Source: Deltaproteobacteria bacterium (lineage in GTDB: Bacteria; Myxococcota; Kuafuiibacteriia; Kuafuiibacteriales; Kuafuiibacteriaceae). From it: a stretch of DNA of 64,000 nt. The translations under genes were made by a program, and so were the position numbers. Under the pieces are notes generated by a model that had not been told where the DNA came from, ran no database searches, and worked only from the letters and a program-made list of their open reading frames with translations. The stretch lies in NCBI GenBank assembly GCA_040218735.1, contig JAVJQW010000017.1, positions 384,001-448,000 of the forward strand, written 5' to 3'. Below, piece by piece: positions 48,301 to 56,662 of the stretch. Each line of letters opens with the position of its first letter. Positions within the stretch are counted from its first letter, which is position 1.

Positions 48301-51300
48301 CGATGCGCTTGCGGAGCGCGTTCTTCGTCGCCGCGCTGTGCAGGACTTCGAGGCGCCGCATCCCGACGTCGACGGCCTCACCCCACTTCTCCCGGTCGAG
48401 CAGCGCTTGTTCGAGCGCTTCGAGGAGCTGCGGATCCCGCGCGCGCTCTTCGAGGCCACGCCGCAGCTCGGCTTCGGAGGCGTCCGGGTCGGCTTTGTGC
48501 TCGAGGTGGAGACGCGCGAGATCGAGGCGGAGCTGGGAGAGCTTCTCACCCTCGGTGCGCAGCGCCTGCTTCTCGTACAGCGCGATCAGATCGTCGTAGC
48601 GCTCGGTGCTCGTCAGCAGCGCCGCGGCTTGCGCGATCACTTCCTCTTCGTCCGCGAAGTCGTCGTGGTGTTCGAGGATGACGTCCGCCGCGCGCGCGCT
48701 GTCGCCGAGCTTCCCGTCGTAGACACTCACGGCGCGGAGCAAGAACCCACGTTTGTCCTTCTGGTCCTCGGTGGCCTCGGCACGCGCCAGCAACACCTGC
48801 GCGACCTCTTCGTGCCGCCCGGCGGCGTCGAGCACGGAGAGGTGTCGACCGAGCACGGCTTCGTCGGTCGGCGACTTGGCGCCGAGCCGTTCGAAGCGCT
48901 CGAGCGCACGTGACAGATCCCCGAGATCGTCGGCCTCGATCTCCGCGAGCTTCAGCTCGAAGCGGAGCTGCTGCTCGGGCGACACGTGTTCGAGCACCCC
49001 CTGCACGGTGTCGATGAGCAACGTGTACCCCTGCGCGCGACGTCCGAGGCGAATCGTCTGCTCGATGCGATCCACGTTCGGATCGATCTGCGCGAGCCGC
49101 ACCATCGAGAAGAACGCACGCTCCGACTGTTCGAGGCGCTCGTTGGTGGAGACGATCTCCTCGAGCAGCTCGATCATCTTCGGGCGATCGTCCTGCTCGG
49201 TCGCCTCCGCGAGCTCCTTCTGGATCTGCGCGAGCCGGCCGGCGACGTCCTCCGACGCCCCGTCCTCGTCGACCGTCGCGGCGAGCGCTTCTTCGTCCAA
49301 CGGCTCTTCGGCCTCGTCGTCCCCGTCGGCGGCGCGGCGATCCCGGATCTGCTCCGTGACGACCTGCGCCGCGCCGGCGCGCTCGGGTTGCGCTTCTTCG
49401 GCCGCGTCGATGTGCGAGTCCCAGCTGTCGAGCTCCGCGGCGGCGATTTGACGCGAGAGCGCGTCGCGCTCGACGAGCTGCAGGCCGTCGATCTTCGCGT
49501 CGAGCTCCTCCGCGTCGTCGACGGAGACGGGGATCTTCGCGTCGAGATCCTCCGCGTCGTCGGGCGGCGGCGGAGGCGGAGTGGGTTTGTCGAGGCGCGC
49601 GGCTTCGATCTTCGCCTCCAGATCCTCCGCGTCGTCGGGCGGCGGAGGCGGGGGGGTCGGCGTCGCGAGGCGCGCGGCTTCGATCTTCGCCTCCAGGTCG
49701 TCGGCGTCCTCGGGCGGCGGCGGCGGAGGTGTCGGCGTCGAGCGACGCGCGGCTTCGATCTTCGCCTCCAGATCGTCGGCGTCCTCGGGCGGGGGCGGCG
49801 GCGCGGTGGGCGTCGAGCGGCGCGCGGCTTCGATTTTGGACGCGAGGGCCTCGGCCTCCGCGGGATCCGCGCCGACCGACGGCTCGTCGTCCGGGTCCAT
49901 CACCTCCACACGCGCGACGCCCGTGATCGGTACGGAGGGATCGCGCACCGCCGACTCACCGCGCGGCGGCGGCGGCGGCGGACGACGGCGCTCGACCGGG
50001 ACGATCGCCGCCTCCTGCGGGACGTCGGCCAGTACCAAGCCCGCCGCGGGCGCCTCGTCGAGGGCGACGGTCTCGTCCTCGTCCTCCATCGGCGCGTCGG
50101 GCGTCATCAACCGGACGCCGTCATCCTCGAGGACGAGGTCGTGCGTCGACGGCACGCGCGGCGCCGGTGCCCGCGGTGCAGGGGAAGGTGCGTCCGGCGA
50201 CCAGTGGGTCTCACTCTCCGGGCCGTAACCTTCGCCGTCGAACTCGGTCGGCGCCTCCGTAGCGTCGGTCGCCACCGCGGACACACCGACGGCGTCGAGG
50301 TCCAGCACCGGACGCGCCGGCGCTTCGTCGGCTTCGTCCTCGTCGCTGACCCGCTTCGCGAGCTCGTGCTGGGGGTCGATCTCCAAAATGCGGCGACATG
50401 CTTCCACGCCCCGTTCGGGGTCGTCGACCCGCTTTTCGTCGCACAGCGTCACGATTCGGGCGTAGATCGCCACCGCCGTGGCGTCGTCCGGGGCCTCCTC
50501 GGCGTCCATCTGGAGCAGGTGGGCGACATCGTCCCAGTCCCCCCGCCGCTCGTGCAGCTTCATCAGGCGCCGGCGCGCCTCCCGGTGCTGCGGTTCGGTC
50601 TCCAAAATGGCCCAGTACACGCGGATCGCGTCCTCGGCCCGGTCCAGGACGTTTCCGTAGATGTGCCCGAGCTTCAGGCGCATATAAGTACGGAGCAGCG
50701 CGTTGTCGGTCGCCTCGCAGACGTCTTCGTACGTGTCGGACACCGTGACGAGGTCGCCGCTCATCAGGCCGAGGCGCATGACCTCGTCGAGCAGCTCCCG
50801 GTCGTCCGTCGCGTGCTGGACGGCGCGGGTGATCGCGGCGAGGGCCCGCGGGAGGTCGCCGAGCTCCAGCTCGTAGATCCGCGCGAGCTCGCGTTCGAGG
50901 CGGACCCGGTGCGGACCGACGCGCCGATCCTTCGCGGTGACCTCCAGGATCTCCGCGAGCTCGTCGAAGCGCTCGCGCTCACGGAAGACGTCTTCGATCT
51001 GTTCGAGGACCTCCGGGTTGCCGCCGTCGTCCCAGAGCGCGGCCTTGAGGTAGGCGAGCGCACGCTGCTGGTTGCCCAAGGGGCCGAGGTGCAGCTCGGC
51101 GAGGCGCAGCGAGAGCGCGGCGCGGACGCGGGGGTCCTCCTGGTGGAGGATGATGTCCCCGATCGCCACGGCTACCTCGTCGACGCGGTCCGTCTTCTGC
51201 CCGAGCTGTTCGAGGCGCGTGACGATGCGGATGTTGGTGGGGGTGAGGCGGACGGCGCGGAGGACCTCGGTGAAGGCGGCGTCGGCGTCGTCCTTCCGTT

Positions 51301-51739
51301 CGGCGAGGAGCTCCGCAATGTAGAGGTGGAGCGTGGTGCGTTCGCCGCCGTCGGTGCTGGTCGCGAGGCGGCGCCGGTACAGGGCGATGAGGTCGTCCCA
51401 GCGTTTGAGGTCGTGGAGGATCAGCCCGAGCGCGAACAGCGCGCGGCGGTGGTCGGGCTGCAGCTCGAGGACGGCCTCGTAGGCTTCGGCGGCTTTCTCG
51501 AGGTCGTCGACCTCCTCTTCGAACACGAGCGCCGCCTCGACGAGGGAGTCGGTGGCGAGGTCCATGTCCTCGTCCCACAGCGCTACGCCGCGTTCGAAGA
51601 ACGCCTCCGCGTAGGCCGAGAAATCGCCGTCCTCGCGCGCCGCGGCGCGGACGGATTCGGCGGCCTCCTGCGAAGCGGGATCGCTCCGCAGGGCCTCGAG
51701 AAAATCGGACAGACTGCCCAAGCGTGCCGAAAGGTACAC
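45389..51739 (-). CDS. Giant TPR protein (2116 aa) with an acidic/Pro insert and a C-terminal M48-like domain lacking HExxH
   Basis: Many A..AY..VL...P.H..A TPR units; C-terminal PPVYV..NA..LVVS..ELRFMFGRCFAM. Confidence 0.85.
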   Translation of the reverse strand: MYLSARLGSLSDFLEALRSDPASQEAAESVRAAAREDGDFSAYAEAFFERGVALWDEDMDLATDSLVEAALVFEEEVDDLEKAAEAYEAVLELQPDHRRALFALGLILHDLKRWDDLIALYRRRLATSTDGGERTTLHLYIAELLAERKDDADAAFTEVLRAVRLTPTNIRIVTRLEQLGQKTDRVDEVAVAIGDIILHQEDPRVRAALSLRLAELHLGPLGNQQRALAYLKAALWDDGGNPEVLEQIEDVFRERERFDELAEILEVTAKDRRVGPHRVRLERELARIYELELGDLPRALAAITRAVQHATDDRELLDEVMRLGLMSGDLVTVSDTYEDVCEATDNALLRTYMRLKLGHIYGNVLDRAEDAIRVYWAILETEPQHREARRRLMKLHERRGDWDDVAHLLQMDAEEAPDDATAVAIYARIVTLCDEKRVDDPERGVEACRRILEIDPQHELAKRVSDEDEADEAPARPVLDLDAVGVSAVATDATEAPTEFDGEGYGPESETHWSPDAPSPAPRAPAPRVPSTHDLVLEDDGVRLMTPDAPMEDEDETVALDEAPAAGLVLADVPQEAAIVPVERRRPPPPPPRGESAVRDPSVPITGVARVEVMDPDDEPSVGADPAEAEALASKIEAARRSTPTAPPPPPEDADDLEAKIEAARRSTPTPPPPPPEDADDLEAKIEAARLATPTPPPPPPDDAEDLEAKIEAARLDKPTPPPPPPDDAEDLDAKIPVSVDDAEELDAKIDGLQLVERDALSRQIAAAELDSWDSHIDAAEEAQPERAGAAQVVTEQIRDRRAADGDDEAEEPLDEEALAATVDEDGASEDVAGRLAQIQKELAEATEQDDRPKMIELLEEIVSTNERLEQSERAFFSMVRLAQIDPNVDRIEQTIRLGRRAQGYTLLIDTVQGVLEHVSPEQQLRFELKLAEIEADDLGDLSRALERFERLGAKSPTDEAVLGRHLSVLDAAGRHEEVAQVLLARAEATEDQKDKRGFLLRAVSVYDGKLGDSARAADVILEHHDDFADEEEVIAQAAALLTSTERYDDLIALYEKQALRTEGEKLSQLRLDLARLHLEHKADPDASEAELRRGLEERARDPQLLEALEQALLDREKWGEAVDVGMRRLEVLHSAATKNALRKRIARISEEQLASPDIALDMYQGVVADDATDDEAWSHIERLRRAREDWDGVIQALLARVDGSQDAAAQVALLLEASEIQVQVFDDLGAAQAALDRAIQVAPDHTEVLDAMAGLAMRRGEDEQGIAILRRLAEVAPAAESANVHVRIGRMLESQFGDREAAHAEYEHAYQADYECREAILALLDFAEAEDDFIRAHELAAQAARLSQDERDANALFVRAGLLAQQRVGDDLKALEYYEAALAADPDDLSTEATFGELLASRGELVQALPHLWNAAQGLSDPERSAQLAIAAARAADELPEHEIARASYDAVLNNEPTHAEALDRLGALLADDQDWSRVYELGASLVLHHEASLAAPQRSAVYFRMAKAKCADEDFEAAARLAKKAHHLAEREVGPLRLYAEMLEHAGDAFEAAECLKRLAGLLEDESAKKDALVHAGRLLGDLDGDLARASAMLTEAQTYGPEDVELADRLSSYRVQLGDALGGAEALVLPAMRRDGRERADLLVRAARVLLAAGKERGRARELLREALELVPTHAGARADLSVVLEFDGDVDELVRTQLRAADQFVEDLSTDADADGDDRVATATRLYLHAMSILRFHLELHEQALAVCKKVMKIAPETPGLREQYARLLDIVAAKGGPTAMTLSREAIVAWSYLVEQRAGDVEGLERLTVLRRRVGDTQQARVTAEILEALGETPPPEPKNGAAKVERSLDTRVINALRPVEVPFHPGETSDLTELFEALGYAPLKAMADVLPEPRPKKRDLAGAAGLGIHVSRPIGYTARVLGQETPPVYVREDAPAAVNAAFVGDGPALVVSLSKAEQHSIDELRFMFGRCFAMLRPRALMFELIPLTVLREALVGFAKFDDPSEHDVDPKMAKKRGRALERALPANDRAALQGEVRTWLESDDRRSLGEERAGVFRTAERFGLVVSGSLKTSVDVLSSLAGGRVERHWHAPLIRYAITREYHEMLRRLQ
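49532..49836 (-). repeat. About 4 x 75-bp coding tandem repeat (KIEAARxxTPTPPPPPPxDAxDLEA)
   Basis: GATCTTCGC recurs at 49532, 49607, 49682 and 49757, with a degenerate copy at 49832. Confidence 0.9.
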
Positions 51740-51766
51740 GAGGACCGAGGTGGCTTGAAGGCGGCC

Positions 51767-53761
51767 TCAGTAGTTGAGTCGAAGCTCGGTGTAGAGGCTC
51801 GTGAGCTGGCGGAAGAAGGTGCCCTTGGTGCCGTCGCGCGCGGTGCCGAGGCGCCCGCCGATCGCGAACGTGTAGTGCTGGAACCACCGCTCGTTGTACT
51901 CGAGCGTGATGAGGTGATCCGTCGGGTTTCTCAGGTCGAACAGATCCGTGAAGGTGATCTGCGAGCCCACCCCGTTGTTGAAGTCCCAGCGGAACCCGTA
52001 CACGAGGTGGTTCTCGAAGAAGCGCACGATGTCGTCCGGCGGGCGGTCCCCGCCGAAGAGCTGACTGTCGGAGTCGCCGATGACCTCCGCGAGCGGGATG
52101 AACGTGCTGCCGCCGACGAAGTTGTCGAACGTGTGCTCCACCCCCGCCACCACCATCACGCGCGGGCCGGGCATCGGGATCTCCGCGGCGGGTCGCCCGT
52201 TGTCGAGCGTGAGCGGCGGGTTCCGCGTGCGGTCCGTCGGCGTGTGGATCACGTACGCGCCTTCGAGCTTGAGCGAGGTGTTGCCGAACAGGATCGAGGC
52301 GTCGCTGCTGATGTGGTGGAGCAGCGGGTACACGAGTGTGTCGGTCGGCAGGTGTACGAACGGGAAGCGGTTGTAGCCGTAGAAGTAGCCGGCGTGCACG
52401 TCGAAGCCCGAGAAGACGAGGTCGAGGCGCGTGGCGACCTGCGGGTGCCACTGTTCGAGTGACGACGCGTAGAGCGGGGCGTCGCCGTAGTCGAAGGTCT
52501 GGGGGTCTTGCCCCGACGGCGCCTGGATCACGGAGAACGGCGTGTCGAACCTCGGGAGCGCGGGCGGGATGAACGGCGTGAGGTAGAGCAGCGACAGCGA
52601 GTGGTTGCCGAGGAGGATCTTCGCGGACGCCATGGGCTGTCCGACCTTCGGTGCGTCGACGATCCCCTCCGCGAAGTTACGCGCGTTGATCACGTCGACG
52701 ACGTGCAGCGCGCTCGCCGATCCCCAGGTGAGCGTGTTCCAGCCGATGCGAACGTCGGCGTGGCGGAAGCCGTACTCGAAGAACGCCTCTTCGACGATCA
52801 GGCGGTGCAGGCGTTGGTTGGTGGCGTCGACCTCGACGAGGGGGAGGAGGCGCACGCGCGCGGAGTCGCCGAACTTGCCGGTGACGGTGGAGCGGAAGCC
52901 GGCCTTGAGGATCTGGCGGCTCTTGCCGTCGAGGAGATCGGGGCTGACGAAGGCCCAGTACTTGGAGCCGACCCAACCGCGCACGCTCCAGACCCAGCCG
53001 TCCTCTTCGCCGAACCCGTCGAACTCCGCCTCGGCGGTGACCTCGGTGTCGCCGCTGAACTCGGCGTTGAACTCGGCGTCGAAGTCGGTGTCGCCCGAGC
53101 CGAAGTCGGTGTCGGTGTCGACCTCGTCGAGGATGCTCGTCGACTCGGCGACGGTGGTCGTCTCCGTGGTGTCGGTCGGCGGTGGGGGCTCGGGCGGCTT
53201 CGTGACGTTCGCGAGCTGCGCGCGGCGGCCCGGCCAGAGGGTCTCGAGCTTTTGGTTGGTCTTGCGCCCGATCCGGTAGCCGCGATCGCGCGTCTCGGCG
53301 TCCGGCTTGTAGTAGTCGGAGCGGAAGTCCATCTCGATCTGTCCGGACTCCGCGTTCACGAGGAGGGCGCGCGCCGTGTAGAGCCAGCCGCGTTTGGTGA
53401 CGGTGACGCGGAGGACCCAGTGGGCGTCGATCTTCTTGCCGATGGCGGCGAGGGCCTTCGGGTTCCAGCGCACCTTGGGGTCGATGCGGAGGGTGTCGCC
53501 GGCCTCGGCGAAGGCGTCCTCTTGAAGGACCGTGTAGCCGCCGGTCTCAAGCTCTTGGACGATGCCGCGGGTGAGGTTGGCGGTGCCCCAGCGCGCTTGG
53601 CCGCGGACGTCGGGGACGAGGAGCCTCAAGCCCTGGAGATCTTCGGCGCGAGCGGCGTTGGGCGCGGCCAGCCCGAAGAGGAGCGCGACCGTCAGACCCG
53701 GGAGGACGGCGGCCTGTTTTACTCCGCGTGCGATTTGAAGGACCCTCTGGGGCCGGAGCAT
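51767..53761 (-). CDS. Outer-membrane protein: N-terminal alpha/beta domain, acidic linker, large beta-barrel (start uncertain)
   Basis: Signal-like LLFGLAAPNAARA; RIGWNTLTWG..DVIN pattern; ends LYTELRLNY. Confidence 0.7.
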   Translation of the reverse strand: MLRPQRVLQIARGVKQAAVLPGLTVALLFGLAAPNAARAEDLQGLRLLVPDVRGQARWGTANLTRGIVQELETGGYTVLQEDAFAEAGDTLRIDPKVRWNPKALAAIGKKIDAHWVLRVTVTKRGWLYTARALLVNAESGQIEMDFRSDYYKPDAETRDRGYRIGRKTNQKLETLWPGRRAQLANVTKPPEPPPPTDTTETTTVAESTSILDEVDTDTDFGSGDTDFDAEFNAEFSGDTEVTAEAEFDGFGEEDGWVWSVRGWVGSKYWAFVSPDLLDGKSRQILKAGFRSTVTGKFGDSARVRLLPLVEVDATNQRLHRLIVEEAFFEYGFRHADVRIGWNTLTWGSASALHVVDVINARNFAEGIVDAPKVGQPMASAKILLGNHSLSLLYLTPFIPPALPRFDTPFSVIQAPSGQDPQTFDYGDAPLYASSLEQWHPQVATRLDLVFSGFDVHAGYFYGYNRFPFVHLPTDTLVYPLLHHISSDASILFGNTSLKLEGAYVIHTPTDRTRNPPLTLDNGRPAAEIPMPGPRVMVVAGVEHTFDNFVGGSTFIPLAEVIGDSDSQLFGGDRPPDDIVRFFENHLVYGFRWDFNNGVGSQITFTDLFDLRNPTDHLITLEYNERWFQHYTFAIGGRLGTARDGTKGTFFRQLTSLYTELRLNY

Positions 53762-54293
53762 GCTGAGTCTCAAGACGCACGACAAGGAGCCCTTCGATCT
53801 CGCGGCGGCGGTGGCCTCGAAGCCCGCCACGGTGCTGATCGTCTTCCGCGGACCCTGGTGTCCGTACTGCCAGGAGTACTGGGAGGACCTCGCGGACTAC
53901 GCCGAGAAGTTCGAAGCCGCGGGCGCGCAGGTGATCGGCCTGTCCGCCGACAAGCCGAAGGCGCTGCGTCGCTTCCGCCGCCACCACCGCCTGAGCTTCC
54001 TGATGCTGAGCGACCCGAACCTCACGTCGAAGAAGGTGCTCGGCGTGAAGAAGGAGTCGCTGCACCCCGCCGCGATGTCCTACAAGAAGGAGGCGTTCCT
54101 GCAGCCCGGCGCGTTCGTCTGGACGCAGGACGGCAAGCTCCACTACGAGTGGACGCAGGACCCGAAGCTCTCGAACGTGTACGGCGCCGCGAAGCGCCCC
54201 AGCCCGAAGAAGCTGTTGAAGCGCGTGATGGCGGCGCTGCACCCCGAGCCGAAGGAAGACGGGCCCAAGGTCGAGGCCCCGGCGACGGCGTAG
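53760..54293 (+). CDS. Peroxiredoxin-like AhpC/TSA redoxin
   Basis: FRGPWCPYC, VIGLSAD, LSDP. Confidence 0.85.
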   Translation: MLSLKTHDKEPFDLAAAVASKPATVLIVFRGPWCPYCQEYWEDLADYAEKFEAAGAQVIGLSADKPKALRRFRRHHRLSFLMLSDPNLTSKKVLGVKKESLHPAAMSYKKEAFLQPGAFVWTQDGKLHYEWTQDPKLSNVYGAAKRPSPKKLLKRVMAALHPEPKEDGPKVEAPATA

Positions 54294-54508
54294 CGTGGCT
54301 GGGCGGGAGAAGGACGCGGACGACGACGCGTGGGTCGCGGAGATCGAGCGCCGAATTGGAGCGGTAGAATCCGGCGAGTCAAAGGGCGAGGCGTGGGAAG
54401 ACGTCTACGCCGAGGCGCTCACGCGTAGCAAGTAGACCACCTGAGTCGAAATCTTCGAACGCTGGCACCTGCTGGAGCCCAGCTCCGACAGAGTTCGTGT
54501 CGAGACAG

Positions 54509-55705
54509 CTAGGTTCCGTCAGCAGCTTCGACCAAGGATCCTACCATCAGCTGAAGTTGCGCCATCGCCGGGTGAGGTCTACGCGAAAAGAACTCCGCAG
54601 CTCCAAAGCAAACAGCGATGTTCGCGACGGTTTCATTGAAGAACTGGATTGCGAGTACGCCCTGGGACGAATGCAGGACGTCCGGTGTCATGCGGTAGCC
54701 GGACACGAAGTTCAAGTGCTCCGTCCACGCCGCTTGCGAGTTCATCGGTGCTGGCTGCATGAACTCAATCAGGCTCGAAGGTCCAAATATCTGGCCGCCC
54801 GATCGGCGGCCTCCAAAGAACATGAAACTCTGCTCCCTCCTAAGCACAACGGCTGACAGTTCCCCTACTCCGTCTGCTTCCACAGCCTCAACACCGCAGA
54901 AGCTCCACCCACGCGGAACATCTACCTGCCCATACGCTAGGGCGGGGTTCAATGTCTGACTCAATTTGTTCCTGAGTGCTGACGGAACAGTGATCCGTTC
55001 GAGGAAGGGTCGCTCGATAGACAGATTCTGAAAAGCCGGCCCGACCCAGCTGAAAGAGAACACGCCCGACTGATGAACCAGTGCCACCAGACACGCGATT
55101 GCGCAAAAAGACGACTGCCTCTTTGCGTTCAACATCTTCGTCACCTGCGCCTCATCGCCGACCGACATGAAGAATTGGAGTGGATAGTCGCCAAGAACCC
55201 CCTTCATCAGTGGCCCCTCCGATGACTCTCTGACGACGAATGCAGGGAACTGAATCGTCCGCCGCGGCTGCGTACCCAATACGATGCTCCGTAGCGCGTC
55301 CGGCTCGAGCGGAGTATTCCGACTCCCGTATCTAATGAGGTATCGGCCGCTGGGAGTACAATGCGGTTTGGTCGAAGACTCTGGGATATCGACGACGAGG
55401 ATTGCTCGACCTCGGCTGTCGCGTTCCATGTTGAGTCGATGATCGACCGGCGGCGAACAATCGCTCGCCTTATTGGAGACTTCGAGCTGAGCACTGTCGG
55501 TTACGGAAGTGCCGACGATTCGCCCTCGCGTCACCTGACCTGGAATCTCATCGACTCCGAGATAGACTCTCCCGCCTTGCGAGTTTGCAAACGAGACGAA
55601 GTCTTCCGGCTTGATGTGGGAGTATCCCCGCTTGAAGTCGACGTGGCGTCCTTCGCCCGCAGCAAGATCGGCCCGCGTACGACTTGAAACCGTCGACCGC
55701 GCCAC
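54509..55705 (-). CDS. Schlafen/AlbA_2-domain protein with an unknown C-terminal domain, on lower-GC DNA
   Basis: GEGRHVDFKR, SFANSQGGRVYLGVDE, KPH..GRYLIRYGS; sampled 60-nt lines are 50-60% GC. Confidence 0.8.
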   Translation of the reverse strand: MARSTVSSRTRADLAAGEGRHVDFKRGYSHIKPEDFVSFANSQGGRVYLGVDEIPGQVTRGRIVGTSVTDSAQLEVSNKASDCSPPVDHRLNMERDSRGRAILVVDIPESSTKPHCTPSGRYLIRYGSRNTPLEPDALRSIVLGTQPRRTIQFPAFVVRESSEGPLMKGVLGDYPLQFFMSVGDEAQVTKMLNAKRQSSFCAIACLVALVHQSGVFSFSWVGPAFQNLSIERPFLERITVPSALRNKLSQTLNPALAYGQVDVPRGWSFCGVEAVEADGVGELSAVVLRREQSFMFFGGRRSGGQIFGPSSLIEFMQPAPMNSQAAWTEHLNFVSGYRMTPDVLHSSQGVLAIQFFNETVANIAVCFGAAEFFSRRPHPAMAQLQLMVGSLVEAADGT

Positions 55706-55708
55706 CCC

Positions 55709-55939
55709 TCAAATCCCCAGCAACCCGATCCGCCGCTTCCGCTTCTTCGGGCGCTCCTCGTACAGGATGATCACCGGGATCACCTGGTCGCGATCCACAT
55801 CCGTCGCGCCCGCGATGGCGTCGCTGATCGCGTCGCCGACGACGTCCGCGAGGTCGCCCTCGCCGCGGGCGAGCGCCTTCAGTTCTCTCTTCTTGCGTCG
55901 CCCCGCGCGGACGAGGACGCGGTCGATCGCGTCGTGCAT
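55709..55939 (-). CDS. Small basic protein, paralogue of 56339-56575
   Basis: GRRKKRELKALARGEG....VIPVIILYEE.PKKRK; GTGATG coupling to the upstream gene. Confidence 0.7.
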   Translation of the reverse strand: MHDAIDRVLVRAGRRKKRELKALARGEGDLADVVGDAISDAIAGATDVDRDQVIPVIILYEERPKKRKRRIGLLGI

Positions 55940-56316
55940 CACAGGCGGAAGAGGTCTTCGAGGATGCGGTCGCCGTCGTACGGGTACATGCCGTTCGTCA
56001 GCTTGCTCATGCGCTTCGCGTACGCGGCGTAGGCCTTGGCCGAGTTCTTCGCCGCGTCCATCAGGCCGCCGTCGCGCTTCTTCTTCGACGACTTGTTCGA
56101 GCCCTTCTCCCACTCGCGCACGCCGTCGAGCACGGCGTTCAGGATGCGGCGGTCCAGCTCGGTCATCGCGCGGTCGTAGCGCTGCGCCTCTTCGAGGCCC
56201 ATCGAGTACTTCCGCTTCTTGTTCTTCTTCTTCTTCTTCTTGCCCTTCTTGGCCTTGCCGCCTTCGGGCAGCTCCAGTCCGGAAAGCTCCGCCGCTTCGT
56301 TCGTCTCTTCGACCAT
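55939..56316 (-). CDS. Small Lys-rich protein
   Basis: Poly-Lys tract, KSSKKKRDGGLMD motif, GGAG RBS upstream. Confidence 0.75.
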   Translation of the reverse strand: MVEETNEAAELSGLELPEGGKAKKGKKKKKKNKKRKYSMGLEEAQRYDRAMTELDRRILNAVLDGVREWEKGSNKSSKKKRDGGLMDAAKNSAKAYAAYAKRMSKLTNGMYPYDGDRILEDLFRL

Positions 56317-56338
56317 CGTCCGTACTCCCTCTCTTCGT

Positions 56339-56575
56339 TCAACCGCCCAGCAGGATCCGGATCGGATCGTCCCGCTTCCGCCGCTTCCTCTTGTACACCA
56401 CCACCACGGGCACGAGCGTCTTGCCCTCGGCCTCCGCGCCGAGCTGCGCGCGCACCTGCTCCACCGTGGCGTCGATCTCGCCGACCAACGGCCCCGCGTG
56501 ACGCTCCAACGAGCGCAGCCGCTTCCGCTTGCGCTTCCCGAGATCCACCAGGATCGGCGGTAGAAATGACGACAT
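56339..56575 (-). CDS. Small basic protein (resembles DUF6200-type proteins)
   Basis: PILVDLGKRKRKRLRSL...LVPVVVVYKRK. Confidence 0.7.
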   Translation of the reverse strand: MSSFLPPILVDLGKRKRKRLRSLERHAGPLVGEIDATVEQVRAQLGAEAEGKTLVPVVVVYKRKRRKRDDPIRILLGG

Positions 56576-56662
56576 CCGCACGCGCTCAGGGCCCCCGCGC
56601 GCCGAAAAAACGCGCGTCGGCGACTGTACGAGCGCCCCTAAACCGCGTCAACTCGACGCCCC

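Noticed and set aside
49532-49836. CRISPR array
   Set aside because: Contiguous in-frame 75-bp coding repeats without unique spacers; no cas genes.
45704-52462. 1069-aa and 1158-aa plus-strand ORFs
   Set aside because: Antisense shadows of the TPR gene caused by high GC codon bias; no motifs.
54294-54508. tRNA/att site or IS end bordering the low-GC gene
   Set aside because: No cloverleaf, terminal inverted repeats or flanking direct repeats could be found by eye.
56215-56250. (TTC)n microsatellite as a phase-variation switch
   Set aside because: Trinucleotide unit encoding poly-Lys; slippage would not shift the frame.
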